The notes below the pieces were generated by a model. That model had not been told where the DNA came from. It was given only the letters and a program-made list of their open reading frames with translations, and did no database searches. Below are positions 62,521-64,000 of a stretch of DNA of 64,000 nt, piece by piece. Numbering within the stretch: the first letter of the stretch is position 1; the number at the start of each line of letters is the position of its first letter. The translations under genes and the position numbers were made by a program. The DNA lies in NCBI RefSeq assembly GCF_021028975.2, contig NC_059425.1:56172001-56236000 (forward strand), in the 5' to 3' direction. This stretch comes from Sphaerodactylus townsendi. Taxonomy: Eukaryota.

Positions 62521-64000
62521 GAGCATACCTTTGCCACGCCTCTTTATTTCAGGGCAAATGTCACAGCCAGACTTCCCCTTCACTCTTATGCATGTTCCGG
62601 GGGTAAAAATCAATAAAAGAAAGGGGAGGGTATTTCAGTGAGAAAAATAAAGATAGAAAACTGATGGTTAGAGCTCATACGTGATTGCACCTGGTGGGTA
62701 GCAGAATGATACAGAAGTGCTTATTGAGGCTACTATGTGGAGTGAAAAGAGCAGGGAAAGAATTCAGGAGAGGGGGAGGTGGCTGCCTAGGGTTATGTGC
62801 AGAAGAAGATGATGGAAAACAGTACGGGGGGGGGGGGAAGCCCATCACATTGAGAGTGCACTGGAGATTTTGAAGGCCCTGAAAATTATCTGTGCAATGC
62901 TTATTTTCTAATCAAACCTAAATTGATTTTACTGCTTTAACAATATCAAATGCATCACTTGTAATTTTGCATGAAACTGTATTATTTATCATGTTTAGTT
63001 TGCTTCAAGCAAAATTGTGACTACCGGTATATCCAATAAATATACTACGATGAGAGTTGCAAATTGCTGCACCACACCGATGCTAGCTTAGCATATATTT
63101 TTTGCCATTTGGGAAGTAGAAAGTGTTGAAACTGGCAAACCAGTATATTAACAGTCTCATACATATTAGTAGCATATATGGGTACTGAGTTACTTAACTG
63201 TTGAAAATTGGAGCAGCCGTTTATCTCTATTCCTCTTAAATGAGGGGATGGATATAAGCAGGGGAATACTGATAAAATGTTACAGCAGATGAGATCCTTG
63301 AAGCAATAGTACAGTGGATACATTGTAAAGAAAAAATGTATAATGCTTGGCAGCAGAGAAAGTCTGGGAAGAGCCAGAAAGAATAGGTACTGGCAAGAAA
63401 TGAAGAACAGAATTATTGCTAACTAGAAGGCAGGACACCAGGGCTGCTGCTTGTTTTGATTTGTGCACTCCCCCTCTTTGTCAGACCAGCAACTGTGGCA
63501 ATCCCGTTCTTTAGATTGGCAAATGACACAGCACTGTGCTGCAGTCTTCTGGGCTCAGGCCAGGGATAGTGTGCAAGTTGGGAGGCATAGGATGTGCAGG
63601 AACAATTGCTGTTTACTCAGACAAATTATGCAACTTCATGTGTCCACAACTGCTACATATATACCTCTTGACACCTTTAGACAACTCATTGTAAGTAAAA
63701 TTAGGATGATGTACTTAAATAGCAGGATAAAATTTGATGTTGTGCTTGTCCTCAAAGTTCAGGTTGTGCTTCATAAGAGGAGTGTTAGCTCCCCTCCCCC
63801 AGTTAAGCGAGTGTCAGGTGCTTAGCATCTGATTTCTTGCAGGATCAGATTCTAGCAGCCTGGAAAACCTCATGTGGTCTTAACATGAGAGATAGAAACT
63901 ATAAAAAATTTAGTAAGGGCAAAGCAGCCAAAGCCAGAACCACAGTCCATGCAGCTGAGGCTAACTCAGGATATAGCTGGGTTCAATAAACCGTCATTTA

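Noticed and set aside
578-63825. Most short ORFs in the six-frame track
   Set aside because: No recognisable domains; many start at GTG/TTG and fall in repeats, microsatellites or antisense to real exons, as expected by chance in vertebrate DNA.

Overview
Vertebrate genomic DNA from a squamate reptile, most likely a gecko judging by the SINE and MITE complement. It carries the conserved block NSL1(-), TATDN3(+), SPATA45(-), FLVCR1(+). I traced exons by hand from GT-AG sites and frame continuity: complete NSL1 (6 coding exons, 807 nt, 268 aa), complete TATDN3 (10 exons, 810 nt, 269 aa, head-to-head with NSL1 and 177 bp between the ATGs), complete SPATA45 CDS (2 coding exons, 86 aa) and FLVCR1 exons 1-2. 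Introns and intergenic DNA are rich in mobile elements: an internally deleted Helitron with a 245-codon open frame, two solo LTRs, SPIN-like and other hAT MITEs with 8-bp TSDs, Harbinger-like and Tc/pogo-like MITEs, tRNA- and 5S-derived SINEs, CR1/L2/RTE fragments and Penelope-like ends with decayed hammerhead motifs. I found no convincing new multi-gene system. The best leads are the Helitron with its repeat peptide and datable MITE junction, an unexplained 61-bp hairpin 3' of TATDN3, SPIN-like MITEs with a MIR-like core, the hammerhead relics and several splice, uORF and regulatory oddities. Gene and repeat family names come from recalled similarity, not from database searches.
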